Shown: positions 38,815 to 51,675 of the stretch, piece after piece
How positions within the stretch are numbered: position 1 is the stretch's first letter
How the letters are laid out: each line of letters begins with the position of its first letter
Assembly (NCBI GenBank): GCA_035084275.1
Contig: CM068757.1
Coordinates: forward strand, 2,232,001 to 2,296,000
Length of the DNA stretch: 64,000 nucleotides
Direction of reading: 5' to 3'
Source: Hydrolagus colliei
Taxonomy: Eukaryota
Position numbers and translations under genes: made by a program
The notes under the pieces: model-generated
Databases searched by the model: none
Told to the model about the DNA's origin: nothing
The model's input: only the letters and a program-made list of their open reading frames with translations

Positions 38815-39200
38815 GGAAGGGGGAAAAAATCAGCTAAGATTCCCTCTCGTGATCTCTGTTCCGTGATTCTCACTAGAAAGTATTTGTGCGTGGATAACAA
38901 CAACAATAACAAGCAGGCCGGACCCTGCTGAGTGGAGGGGGCGGGCAGGTTGGTAAAGGGTTAGGAGGTCATGAATGTAGGGTAGGGTGAGAACATGGAA
39001 GGCTTTGAATGTGAGGACCAGGATCTGGATCCTGGATCCTCTGGATGATGCAGGGTAAAAGCTTTCAACAGCTTTTACCCTGCATCCTCTGGATGATGGG
39101 GAGCCAATGGAGTTGGGCGAGGGTGGGAGAGACGGACTCATGAAGCTTGGAGTGGTGGATAATGGATGAGAACAGAATCCCTGTTTGGGGCGAGGTTGAA
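38815..39200 (+). mobile_element. Ancient unnamed tRNA-SINE body interrupted by an L2 fragment
   Basis: GGGGAAAAAATCAGCTAAGATTCC..GAAAGTATTTGTGCGTGGAT resembles the minus-strand relic at 50440-50670. It resumes GATGAGAACAGAATC after the insert. Confidence 0.5.
38898..39154 (-). mobile_element. Internally deleted L2 fragment with (GTT)n tail and 8-bp TSD
   Basis: Minus frames read SPTLAQLHWLPIIQR and ILVLTFKAFH. GTGGATAA occurs at 38890-38897 and 39155-39162. Confidence 0.85.
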
Positions 39201-41490
39201 GAGGCAGTTGGTACTGATGTCCTGCGGTGTTGTGGCTGGTGGGTTTTAAGCATGTAAAACCCTCCCTATCTGTACACAATATTAACTTGGGTCTCTAAGG
39301 TGTAGCCAGAGTGTTTCAATATCTTCTGCCCAGTCAACCCATTTATAGTTAAAGCAACTTTTTGCAAAAAAAAAGCCAGGTTGTGTAATTGAGCATATCA
39401 TTTTATAGCTTTTGATATGTACTGTGGTAGAGTTCCTCTTTGGACACGAGTGAATTCGCCTTAAAAAGCCATCGCGGGCACCCTGAGAGCTGGTTTTATT
39501 TCTCTGCTCCTTGGAGTAGTTCCACACTTGTACCTTTCTTGCCTGGCTTTTTAACAGCTCAGCAGAACTGTCTCGTTTGTTGGTGCACTTCTTCGAGGAG
39601 AAGAATTGCTATATATGGAAATGTACAGCTTTTGTTTTTCTTTTTTTTAAAAAAGAAGAAAAGTAAATCCATCACCCAGCTACACTCTCCGAAAATATTG
39701 ACAGTTAATGGGCCACTCTTTCAACACTTGTGTTTAAATTTCGACATCGTAGTTTACATCTACCATTTTATTGCTGCAGTTTCTCCTTTGCAAAGTGCTA
39801 CTCGCTTAAATCATGCGATGAGTTCAACAGAGGTTGGAAGAAACATGGCAAAGTATCAACAGACTATATACTGTGCAGTGGGAGCCCCAACTCCACAAGG
39901 ACTGCAAGTGGTTTAAAGGGAAGGTGATTTGCTTCATGGTTGAAGAGCCGGTTCATTTTGATGTTGGGCTCATTTGTGAAGATTGGTCACTTGGTCAGAT
40001 TGTGGACCTCTGCAATTAGCTCAATTTTGTTTTCAGCAGTGATCATTATTGTACTGTAGCGAGCGTTTTGCCCTACGAACTACTCAGGGCAAATGCCAGT
40101 GTAGCCTAATAGTCCTGAGACAAAGTAAACAAAATTACCAATGAGGAACCGTGGGAGCAACATTGATTTGTAATTGAATGTGAAATCTCATTATTTATTC
40201 ATTTTAATAAGAGGAACACCATTAGAATTTTACTTGTTTATTTTGTATTATTTATGGAATGATTTTAAAAAAACTTGGCCAAACGTTTATGTTTGTGCGA
40301 TTAAAATACATTTTGGTTGAAGAAAATACAGGAGTCAAATTATGTCAAGCTGACTATCCACCCCCCCCACCCCAATCCCCCCACCCCTCCACTCCAACTG
40401 CAAAGCCTTGAATCTTCAAGAATGAAGTGATTCTTAAGAAGAGCAACATGTTTGCTTTCATTTGATTGTGGAGGATCCCAACAGAGCACTTAATTTATGT
40501 GCACATCACGACATTTCCTTCTGGATGTTTTGATGGTGCTTTTCCTGCAAGGCACAGTTAAACAGTCTTGCTTGACTTGTTCGACCAAACACCAGGACCC
40601 TCAGGCTCAATTCAGATTTTGATTGAATGCTGCCAAAGTGGCCACAAGTCTGGAGACACCATCGGAGAGCTTTAGTCTACACTGGGGGGGAAATACCGCC
40701 CCATCTCAAATTATCCCAACGGGGCTGGAGTTTCGCAACTTAGCAGAGCCTTCAGGGAAGTCGGTACGCAGAGCTTGAAAGGTTCCCAGGAGGGAATGGA
40801 AATCTGAGGGCAATTAAACCAAGGCTGTTCTCACACGATTCACTTGCAGCTAGCTCAAGAGCTCTTTACCAGGAGCCTGGGAAACCCAGGTTACCTGCTT
40901 GACCTGATAATCGGAGCAAAGGCATCGGGTGAGGTGAAACAAAATTAAAGGGGGTGGTGGGGAGGGGGGTGGTGGAAAGGTTACAACTCCGGCTTCTGGG
41001 TGGTCGAGGCAAGAATGGTTTCAATAACCTTGTTTAGTCCGATCTTCTTTTAAGACGGTTGGCTTGTAAATTTCTCTGCATTTGAATCAGACTTTCAAAA
41101 TCCTTTCTTTGTTTATGTAACTTCTGCCATCCAATGTGGCTCTGGCAACCGATCCACATACTTCTGGCTGACTGGCCTCTCTAAAGAGGGACTCCTGGCA
41201 GAGTGTTAGTTCTGGGATTTGCACAGTTTTTCCATTCCTACTAAAATGCCTGAGATACTTCAGTATATATAGAAAATTAAAAGGAACAAAATTGTTCAAC
41301 TATCAAGCGAGGAGCGAAAGCACTTGTTTCGGCTGTGATTGTAAAGATCCGACCGATACAAGGAAGAAATATTCTCAAAGTATATTGTGCAAGGAAACTT
41401 CTTGATGCCCGTAGTCTCTACAATAATCACCTGTGAAGCTCTTTGAGACATTTCAACAATAACAATAAATGGACATTTATACATTTATAT

Positions 41491-41688
41491 AATAATAATC
41501 CTTGAATTTGATATAGCGCCTTATCAGGTTGTCGAGATGTCTCAAAGCGTTTCACAGGATAAACTGTAAAGTGAAATGACTGTATTTTGTGAGTGAAATG
41601 CTGTAGCTAGTAGCACATAGCAATGTCCTACAAAACAATCGTGGAGTGAGTGACCAATTTTATTTGGGGGATTGTTGGCCAGGACCTC
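41491..41688 (-). mobile_element. Deu-SINE 3' half (older subfamily)
   Basis: AATAATAATCCTTG tail; GACCAATTTTATTTGGGGGATTGTTGGCCAGGAC matches 14251-14285 in reverse. Confidence 0.8.
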
Positions 41689-42169
41689 GATTGTAAGGTT
41701 TTTAACAATAATCTTACAGGTGTATGTATTGCTCCATTCACACTGGGAGGATATCTCAAGGCCCAATTTCAAACATAATAACTAATTGATCAAACACAAG
41801 GATCATGATCATAATAATTATTATGCGTGCAGTAGGAGGCTTTAAATGTAAAAATGCACGTTTATTTTAATGGGAAGATTACTGCTGACATAAAGATGTG
41901 CAGAGAATGTACTGATACCTTGCATTGTTCTCCCAGATGCTGTGTTAGCAAAAATCAAGTGGCTGCAGCAATCTGTAAACCAAGAGTAATTTGTGTCAGG
42001 AACGTACAGCATTTCAATTGTTGTCGAAACCACAGCTCTTTACACTCGTGCAAAACCATTACATTTTGACCATCCCAAAGATTCGGTGTGTCATGTCACT
42101 GCGTTGTATACAACAAACAGGTTAGTGATGGACTTGCTGATCTCCTTCAGATTGGCAGTAGAGTTGCTC

Positions 42170-42335
42170 GTGAGATGGGGGAATAAGACAGGTCCCCAAC
42201 TCTGTGGGGAAAAATGCCTGCCTACGGGGATCGGTTAACAACAGGATCAGGCTTGGCTTTGTTACTTTCCATGTTTAATAGACCGACGACTCAGTAATTT
42301 AGACTCACGCAAGAAGATTGGTCACTTGGGGACAA
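42170..42335 (+). mobile_element. Ancient unnamed SINE body relic
   Basis: ACAGGATCAGGCTTGGCT..AATAG..GACTCAC..AAGA.TGGTCACTTGGG resembles a recalled chondrichthyan SINE body; the assignment is from memory. Confidence 0.4.
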
Positions 42336-44555
42336 GGGCATTTGACATAACATGGAACTAACTGCTCGAACTCTACATTCACAACATCCCATGTGTCTGC
42401 TCTGAGGGGAGATGTTGGTGGAGTTTGAAATGCTCAGCTCAGTTGTCCGCATCTAGGAGCCATTTCTGTTCAGAGTTGTACAGTGCTGAATGTTAATTAA
42501 AATCGCTGGGATGTCCAAATGTGGCTTTTTTTTTGTTTCTTTAACGAAAGCGGATCTTATTAAAACTGGCCAAAACTGACCAGTTGCATCTTAGACTATA
42601 AAGAATCCCCAGTGTTGTCAGTCCCTTCTGGAAAAAGTTTAAGCTTATTGAATTTGTCTTTCATTAAAAATTAGCTTCTAATTTGCCAATCCAAGATGAT
42701 TGTCTGCCAGAAATCATTAGCTCAAATACGTCTGGAGAATCCCTGTAAATAGGAGCTGCTCAATCGCCTGTTAGTGAGCTAAAATTAGAAATATTAGTCA
42801 CTATCTAATAGGCAGAAGCCCACTGGCTCAAAAGTAATCAATGGTTGACACACAATCAATGAAGAAACCTGTTCGGAGGCTTTGAGACAGTTCTTGAAAT
42901 GAAACAGCCGTTGTGTGTGGGTTGTTAAATCTGCCAAGTGGATATTTTTCTTTCTCCCCTGGGTGGCAGGAGAGAATGGGCAGCTGTGGGTAGTGGCTGC
43001 CAACAACCAAACAAATCATTTCTGGGAATCTATGAAATAAAGGCACGGTGGCGTATAAGGAAATTTCAATGCAAGGCTCGGTTCATGGAACAACCCACTG
43101 GGATCACATTGCTCTACAGACACTGTTGCTCATTAGTGAGATTTTGTCTTGTTGTAATTGCCCCATTTGCTTCGGCTTGAACTTGTTCAGTGCAGTCTTT
43201 TAAACGTTTTTTTTTACCTCTTCAGGGAAAAATAAATCAACTCATCAATTGCACCGGCATTCTCTGTGTTCAACGATGGCACGGTATCTTGGGAGACACT
43301 GAGGCTATTCAATGCTTTAAAATTGACTGACTGCTTTCAATATGGTTTCGATGACCCATTGAAAATAACCATTTGGAACTCAAAAGGAGCACTGCGGTCA
43401 CTTTACCTTGTTGGCCATTCGAGAAATGGACTCTTGAATGTCTCGCAGATGCTCTCTTTGTAATGCAAGAACGTCTCCCTCCATTCCAATCAAACCAAGT
43501 CCGAGGGGTTCAATGTCTACTCTTGACTGCCTTACGCCCAAAGTGAAATGATGATCTCGATCCACTTTGCAGCAAGAAGTAGTGCAATATTACACCAATA
43601 TTACCCAAATCACTTCAGCCCCCCACCCCCAGTGTTCTTCCATTTACGAGTTCCATTTTCTCCCTGAAATGGAGGCAGTAGACATACTGATCTGCAGGTT
43701 TCTCCCACTTTGGGAGACATCTCCGCATCTGCTGTCAGGCCAGCCTGGCGTTGGCCAACAGGAGGCATATTTGTCTGTTAATGAAAACAAAGTGTTGTAA
43801 TACAAAGAACGTTGACCAGGTCTTCAAGGGTATAATCATCTAATCGTAACTTAGATGTGTCTGGGTCATGTGGGAATCTGCTGGCATTTAATTTCTGATT
43901 CTCATCAATCTCTTTCGAAATATCGTCCTAAAATAAACCCCTTTTTGAATAAATAATGAAATCAGTTATTGACCCAGCATGAAACTTGTGGATTTTAGCA
44001 GCCATATTTTATTAAAACCAAGCTCTGCGATGTGGTCCAAGGTATCGTTTCTCGGTGATTCAAAGCAGGATTCTGTTCTTCCTCTCTGGATTAAGTTGAT
44101 GAATTATTAACGGGAGCTCTCTGTACTGTACTTATCTTTAAATTAATATGCAGTAAATGGTGTTTAGCAAGCACTTGTACAAGGAACATTTGACAGATCT
44201 ATTGTAAAGAACACATCATATTCACGCAATGCCTTTAATTGTCTGTTGGAACAGTTGACAAATCAGAGATATCACATGGATAATTGATCCTTAAAGGTGC
44301 TGAAGAAGTTGGGTAAACTATGCAACAACGAAGGCAGTTTCCATAGTGACAGTATCTAAGTGCACACACTGCCTCAGAGAACTTGACAGGTTTTTTTTCT
44401 GGAAGGTGTGACGTCAGCGTTCAGTGGAGGCAATTAAGAAATCTGCTTTTCTCCGACTGCCCTTACTGAATTCATAAATTGCCGGTGAATATATTGCTTC
44501 AGGCAATTGCTTCTGTTAACCTGAAGTTTTGAAAGAATATCATATACAGTACTAC

Positions 44556-44639
44556 TAATAATAATCCTTGCATTTGATTTACGGTAGCGCTCAGTAGCGC
44601 TAGGCGAGTGCTCTAATCACTGAACTATAGGAGCTCCAC
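44556..44639 (-). mobile_element. Mini-SINE: tRNA head fused directly to the 3' tail
   Basis: The minus strand reads GTGGAGCTCCTATAGTTCAGTGATTAGAGCACTCGCCT + AGCGCTACTGAGCGCTAC..ATCAAATGCAAGGATTATTATTA. Confidence 0.85.
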
Positions 44640-44675
44640 AGTGGTTGGTAAGCTTCACTGATGGAGCTCCTTTTA

Positions 44676-44738
44676 CAACAGCATCAACAAATTTGCATTT
44701 ATACAATGTCAGGAGTATGTCCCAAGGTGCTGGACAGC
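44676..44738 (-). mobile_element. L2 tail fragment
   Basis: CAACAGCATCAACAAATTTGCATTT..TCAGGAGTATGTCCCAAGGTGCTGGACAG. Confidence 0.65.
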
Positions 44739-46630
44739 CAAGGATTTACTAAGTCCATTTTGTCACATCAAAATATATTTGTTCTGCTCTGTTGGGTTAC
44801 AAATGTGTCAACATTATCGTAGTTTCCTAGTTTCTAATCCTTTATCAAAAGTATCCTCTCTCACTTCATCACCAATAGACTTTAGTGTGTTAAACTGTTC
44901 CTGTTTTGTGAAGTAAATCAAGTGTTAAACTCTCAGCTGGGAAACGCAAATTGGAATATGAATTGATAATCTCAATTAGGTTTCCAACCTCTTTTTAAAG
45001 TTTTAAAAAATCTCTAGTATGTCTTATCACGGTCAATTTCCTGGCACTTGTTTTAATCTAAGTGCCTTCTAAACATTTATAGACAATCTATTTATAGACA
45101 AACTGCAGCAGATGAATGCAAATTGTTTTCGGTGTTGCTGCCGTTTTCTTTCCTTTAATCCTAACAGTATCAAGTATTTTAAAACCTTCTTATATTTATA
45201 ATAAGCAGATCACGAAATCTCAAACCTAAGGCTGCTTATTTTTTTAGGATAACGAGTAGATCCTTTCATTGAAATCCAATGTTTGGATGTTCACTCGCTT
45301 AAATTATGCCCCCGGTTTCCTGACTTCACATGCGCTGTTGCTCGAGCTGATAACATGAGCCGAATAGATAATGTGCGGGAACATGGTTGACATATCACTC
45401 CACCATCCCTTTAAGAACACATTTGGAGACATTCATGCAGGATTATCAAATCCATTTGAACATTTTGGTTTAATAAAACAAATCCATTACTTGTCAGAAT
45501 ATGAGAAGTTGAGGATTTGCTTCATGATGTGCTGCTCTGACGACTGCAGCCACCAGGATTATAAAGATTATGTTAGAATAAGTAGTCAGAGATTAAAGTG
45601 TGAACTTGATTTAAACATAGAAACTCAGAGATGGAACCTGGGTGCTCTCGTGCAGCTCTTCGATATGGTCGTGTTGTTTGGTTTCCTCATTTCTTAATGT
45701 TTCTCCATCTTTACCGTGTCTCCTGATGCCATTCTCTCCAGCTTGTATATTTTTAATAATGAAAATTGTTTTGGGTTGCTTAAAAATATTAATAATATTA
45801 ATTCATAAGTTTATTTTGCTCCTTCTACCCCACCTCCTCCCACACTCCACCCCACCCCAAAAAAGCTACTTTTTACAGAATATTTTGTGATGGGACTAGA
45901 GAGTTTTGATGGATGACTGTTCACATTTAAATAAGCTCAAATAAACCATTTTATTTTTGATCTCTTCATAAATATTTTATTGGCTTTTGAGATTCAGATA
46001 TAAGAAGAATTTCATAGGGGCCCCCTTAATATACTGTATCTTGAATTGATGAAGTGCTTCTTGCTCAGAAGTCTCCCTATCTATATGCCACGGAGCTGTT
46101 ATGTGAGATAGATGATGCTGCACCGATGAGAGTGTTGTGTAAGGGAAATTTTAGGCATTGATTTCTGCCATTTGTCTTGATCGTTGAGTTATCTGAGGTC
46201 TGAAAGTATTATTTATTGTGAAGGCCTGATGCTACAAAGGCAGTTACTGGAATAGCTTATCGTGTTCCCTTCTTGTATGTTTGCTTCTCTTGGTCTGTTT
46301 CGAACAGTTTTCATACTCCCCTGACTGCACAGTTCAACCGATCAATTTCACACATCATCTTTCCTTTGACTCCCACCCACATGTCTTTTGTGCAGTCATG
46401 GGGGGAATAAAGTGGCTCCTTTCTTCTTGACGAGCAACTGTGCATATCCAGAAATTAACATTTATAATTCTGAAATGTTGACACCTTGCAGAGATGCACG
46501 GTGGTTAGACTTTGATGTTCATCGTATAATTTGCTCAACCTGCTCATATTTAATTTCTTCTTTCTGTGTACAATGCGGATAATGTTTTTTTTAAAGTTGC
46601 ATTGAATCACTGGAAACGTTCATCTTTTAG

Positions 46631-46927
46631 TAATAATAATCCTTGCATTTGATATAGAGGTTTCACGTCTTCCAGACGTCTGAAAGCGCTTCACAGAATA
46701 TACTGTAAAGTGAATTGACTGTATATTTGTGGCCGATTGCACACAGCTGTGTGACACAGACAGTCTTGGATTGAAATGACCAATTCATTATTGGGGTTTT
46801 TGCTTGAGGGATTATTACCAAGCCTGTGGAGTAAGGAAACTCGCCCAAGGTTTCTCCCTGCCTGGAGTCAAACCCAGGCCTCTCTCCTGCAGGCAAGTGC
46901 TCTAACCACTGAGCCACAGGACACCAC
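46631..46927 (-). mobile_element. Young tRNA-derived Deu-SINE, full length
   Basis: The minus strand reads GTGGTGTCCTGTGGCTCAGTGGTTAGAGCACTTGCC..; body and (ATT)n tail follow. Confidence 0.92.
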
Positions 46928-47060
46928 ACAGGACTCTTATCACATTCTGAAGTTTATTTTTCTTCTTCTGCTTTGAAACCACAAATCCTCCGAACAGAGA
47001 AAACACCCGCTGTCTTCCTGTTGCTCCCAGCCAACATTATTACCCTTATGTTTGATCAGG

Positions 47061-47148
47061 TATTATTATCCTTTATCACGTTGTTGAGAATCTCAAAACA
47101 CTCACAGGATATACTGCAAAGTGGATTGGCTGTATTTTGCAGGCGAAT
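47061..47148 (-). mobile_element. Deu-SINE tail fragment
   Basis: TTATCACGT..TCTCAAAACACTCACAGGATATACTGCAAAGTGGATTGGCTGTATTTTG. Confidence 0.7.
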
Positions 47149-49496
47149 ATGTTGAGAATTGTTGGCAGGTGATGGCACGATGATTGCATGATGTATTGCT
47201 TCATCCTGCTGCTGATTCACTTTTGCATGCAGATAAGAATCCTGACTATATATTTCGGATGGAACACACACACACTTGGTAGATGGACAATTACATTCTG
47301 TGCATATTGCATTGCTTCACACCATACAGATCGACAGGGAAATTGGTATAGTGCGTGGTATGGGAATAAAAACCCATGTCTTAAAGTAATTAGTGTTACC
47401 ATACTATTCACAAGGAGGCACCTTAGGTGTATGATACCTTGGATGATTTTGACTGATAAGCTATCAAGTATACTTACTTGGCAACTCTTTTTCTTTTCAG
47501 GCAAAAAGATGGATTGTGAGTTCTTGCCTGCTTTGATGTACGTTTGTCCTATTAACAAATTTATGATACAGTAAACTGAAGCTGATAATAGCCAAGCATA
47601 GCCCTTTATTGTGGAATATATCTTGCGTTTTAATTCAACAGTGAATATGAAATAGCTTCACTACTCTTGTAACCATTTCTTAATGCCCCATAAATCAATC
47701 ACAGGACTGTAACTGACTCCAGACTATCGAAGCCTAAGGCAACGTGAGAAACACTGCAGATCAGCTTGGAATATCAAACACTAATTGATTAAACTGAGGA
47801 ATGTCAGAACGTATCACAAGCCTGTACATTCAAGAGGGTTCAAAAGCGTTGGGATGTGAATAGTTATGAATGTTTTATAGCTGTATAAAAATAGAATAGA
47901 AGCTAAATGGGGGTAATTGTGTTGCAAATTCTCGAGATGAATTAGATGAAGACAAATGAGCATGCGTTTTTGTTGTTTTTCTGTTTCTTGTTGATCAGTG
48001 GTACCATTGTTAATCAGTGGTGAATTACAACTTTTGAATGCCACTGCTCACGAGTAAAATGATACAAAATAATTGATCATCACGCATAACGTCTATGGGA
48101 TTGCGCCTACATTATCACGGTTGCAATTATTTTGCATTATTGTAACAGTAAAAATCATGTTCCATTATCGTAACAATTACGTCAGACAGTTGTATTCGCG
48201 GAGTGTAAATACCGGCATATAGGCCAAGTTGGGACAAATTGCCTGTTTCCACGCAGTGACATTCTACATGATCCTTTGTAGTACAAGAATGGTATGAATG
48301 TGCATTGTAGGCACTTCCAAGGGCGCTTTTCAAATTGCTGAGTTTGTGGCGATAACTTGGCCGAGCTGAATTTTAAAGCTTACGATGAAAATGGGATGAA
48401 AATGGTTTCAGGGAGTGCACAAAAGATTAATGGCCAGTGGGCAGTGTAGCCGTAGATGTGGCAAAGGCAGCTGTCTTCCCATAACTGTTGAACGTCTCTG
48501 TATTTTTCAGCTAATGTAAGTCATAGCTAAAATTGAGTGTGCAGCAGCCACTTAAGGGTTTGGACTTGAGTACTTTAGGAGTGGATAATTGTTCAGTATT
48601 TCCATTGTTGCCTATGATAGAGTAGAGCCTTATTAAATCCCTTTAGAAAGTGAAATAATTGTTCTTCAAGAGCTGTGTCCTTTTTTTATAATATATATAT
48701 ATATACATCGTACCAAAATTTTTAATGCAAAAGTTACGACTGGAATACTCCGCATCAACATATTTCCAGCAGAAGAGTCAATTTGTGCAATATCTTTGGC
48801 CAACCGTGGTGTTTTGGATGGAAATCTAGATTAAGGCGGTGCCTCTCAATCGATATTACAGCTGCAAAGTAAAAAAAAAAGTGACTCTGGCAACATTAGT
48901 GAAAGGTTAATGTCTATAAGACTGTGTGGGTCTGGATTTTTACCATTTTGCAATTGCTATCTCGCATTATCCACTTCAACAGCTCAGTGTTTTGCCTTTG
49001 CTCATCCATCACGGAGGCTTCAGTGCCACAATTTGCTCGCATTTAGGTTATATTTAATGTCCTCAAATTCTGCTTTGCGCTTTATCAAATCCATTATTGA
49101 GGGAGAATGAAATGTCCATTAGGGCATTGCAAAAATAACTGGGCCCACCTGTCTCACTGCTGCAGCGGGTAATGATGTATCCACGCTTTTAAAATCATGC
49201 CCAAGGCAAAACCCAGGAAGGTGTGCTGCGATAGAAGGAGAAAAACAATGTTCTTCTGAGGTACTGTACTTGATGGAGAATATTTAACGGCAGAGGTTCA
49301 TTACATACTATAAATATTAAACACGAGACGTGATGGCGTGAATTACACAAGCAGAAGTTGAATATTTACTATTATTCAACTTATTTCCCTCAGCGTGGAT
49401 AAATACCGTACAGACTACCAGCACATGTATTTGCTTACCATGTTGATGGTATGAGCAAATGGTGGTTTATTATGTGCCTTCATTATATTTATTATG

Positions 49497-49560
49497 CGCA
49501 GGGCCTTAGGATGTCCTCCCGACACGTGAAAGGCTCTATCCAAATGTCATTTTGCTTTTG
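49497..49560 (+). mobile_element. L2 tail fragment
   Basis: GCCTTAGGATGTCCTCCCGACACGTGAAAGGCTCTATCCAAATGTCATTTTG. Confidence 0.75.
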
Positions 49561-50439
49561 CCGTTGTCTCCCAAGTATACTGTGTCACATTCAAGTTAAT
49601 GATATACCAACGGTATTAGAGATGTTTTCAATGAATATTGGTATGTTTGACTTGTAGAATGAAGATTATTATGACAATGCATTCGATTGGAACTTTCTTG
49701 ATAAAAGGATTGAGGTCTGCATCTATCCTAATGACTTACTTTAGCTCCTAGTGGTCCATTAGATGAACCAGTCTCGAGTGCCAGACTGCTCCATCATTGC
49801 AGTATAAATTGTTTCCATCATTGCAATTCTGTTGTTTGCGCTTGTTGTTTTCATGCCATATTGCTTTTCTGCTCATAATAATAATATTGATTGTCTCAGC
49901 ATTTGATATTAAGCCTTAAAACACAATTGAAACATCTTGAAGCACTTCGCAGGATTCAATGTACAGTGACTGCATTTGTAGGCAACCGCAAATGAGTATT
50001 GTGCAGAGAAAAATGACACAAATACACACTGTTATGTTCCTTACAAATATGGAATTGTATTTCAGTTGTCATTTCAAAATGCCTTGTAATGTATGACCTG
50101 AAGGAATATCTTTGAAGTGCAAGAATCTTCATGACCCTGCAAGTATATACATATCATGGCAGAACATGATTGATGGAAGATAACCTTTTGAATTATTTCA
50201 TGACTCTGAAGAAGCAAAGGCAACGTGTGATCTAAATGCGAGTAAGTATTTCTGTTGTTCACTTGAAGGAAATATCTGTGTTGAACATAAAATGGAGCAA
50301 AAGTCTGTTCCACTGGGAATTCATTGATCCATGGTATCTTCTTCTCTCGATAGTCACAAGATCCTGTTCCAAAGCTATCTAAGAGCTTTGTTAGTGAGTT
50401 ATAGCAAGCTCTTCAAACCAAAGGCATTGTGACTAAACC

Positions 50440-50670
50440 AAATGCTAGCCGTGCACATACACTTTCAAGGGTTCACAGTATAGTGAACTGAATGTGAACT
50501 ATAACTGATTTTTCCACTACTTTGCTGAGGGCTAAAAGCAATTACAGGATAATGCCACTGCTTAAATGAGAACTTGGGTGAGCCGGGCATTGAACCCGGG
50601 ATTTTCTGCTTCTTCATAGTTTAGTTGCATAGTTGGCAGTGGCTGTACCTACTGAACCAACGAGGGAGCT
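50440..50670 (-). mobile_element. Ancient tRNA-derived SINE relic (second family)
   Basis: The minus strand has an A box TGGTTCAGTAGG and a B box GGTTCAATGCCC, then GGAAAAATCAG..GAAAGTGTATGTG as at 38820-38890. Confidence 0.6.
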
Positions 50671-51655
50671 TTTTTTGTTAGTTTTTAAATGAAATGTGAT
50701 GTGCAGTACGTTCTAATTGTTGGACGGTAAGTTATTCACACTTGTCTTTGCCACTAGTTTATTTTGATTCTTTTTCTTAAGAGCTGGAAAAGCAAAACAA
50801 AACCTATTCCTTCTGTACAACATTTTGAAAATCTGTGAGAACAGACTGGAATTGCGTGATATTATATTATATCCAAAGTGTTTTGTTTCTATGGTAATTT
50901 TTTTGCGGTAATTAATCATTGTAAGAATGGTTTATGATTCACGAAGGGGAGAAAAATATTCCATCACTTGTTTCTATGTTCAGGGGACTGACTTACGACT
51001 GACTGAAACATTGTAAATGTATTAGGATCTTGTTGTTTGTTATTTATTCTGTATCTATGGTATAGAGCTTTTCAATCTACGGTATTTCACACCCAAATGT
51101 TCCCACTGAAACGTCTCCTGGCTGAGTGGAGCCTTACTGCTAGAGATTATTGTTGTCTATTTTCCAAAATATACAAAACCCCATCCTCCACGAGCTGAAT
51201 ATGTCATTTGTGATCAGTAATTTATGGGGGGAAAAATATACATTGGCTTCTCCTGTCTATTGTTCTAATTTTACCTTTATGCTTGCCCCAAATTCCTCGG
51301 GCACTTTCTGCGAACAAGCGAGAGAACATTGAGAATGCTACAGATGCATTGCAGTTGTGAAGAGTTCTTTCTAATAACAATTGTAGCATTTCTTTTCTCT
51401 TGATGTCTCCTTGGAGGTCTTGGATATTGTACAGCCAAGTGGGCAAGCTGCCAACCTGTTTGCAGTGCTTCTCTGCATGAAATGCGTGAGTGGCGGCAGC
51501 CGTTGGTATCCTTGGCTTTTGTATCTGAAACAAAATCTAATATAACGTGAATTTATATCTTTTCATTAAACCTGCCAGCTCTCCATTTCACTGTGACAAT
51601 TTGGAGATAGTATTGACATTTCATTCACTCATTCGCTTACCAATTCTTTCTGGTT

Positions 51656-51675
51656 CCCCCCCCCCCCCCCCCCCC
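51656..51675. repeat. Poly-C tract
   Basis: About 20 consecutive C. Confidence 0.9.

Noticed and set aside
39440-39916. 158-aa ORF
   Set aside because: It has a TTG start and low-complexity FFFFLKKKK from T/A runs, with no domain motifs.
40950-40980. G-quadruplex-like G runs (also ~9300 and ~27560)
   Set aside because: Common low-complexity tracts with no supporting context.
43226-43283. Exon after the strong acceptor at 43225
   Set aside because: Only a weak donor (ACG/GTATCT) follows and the peptides are unrecognisable.
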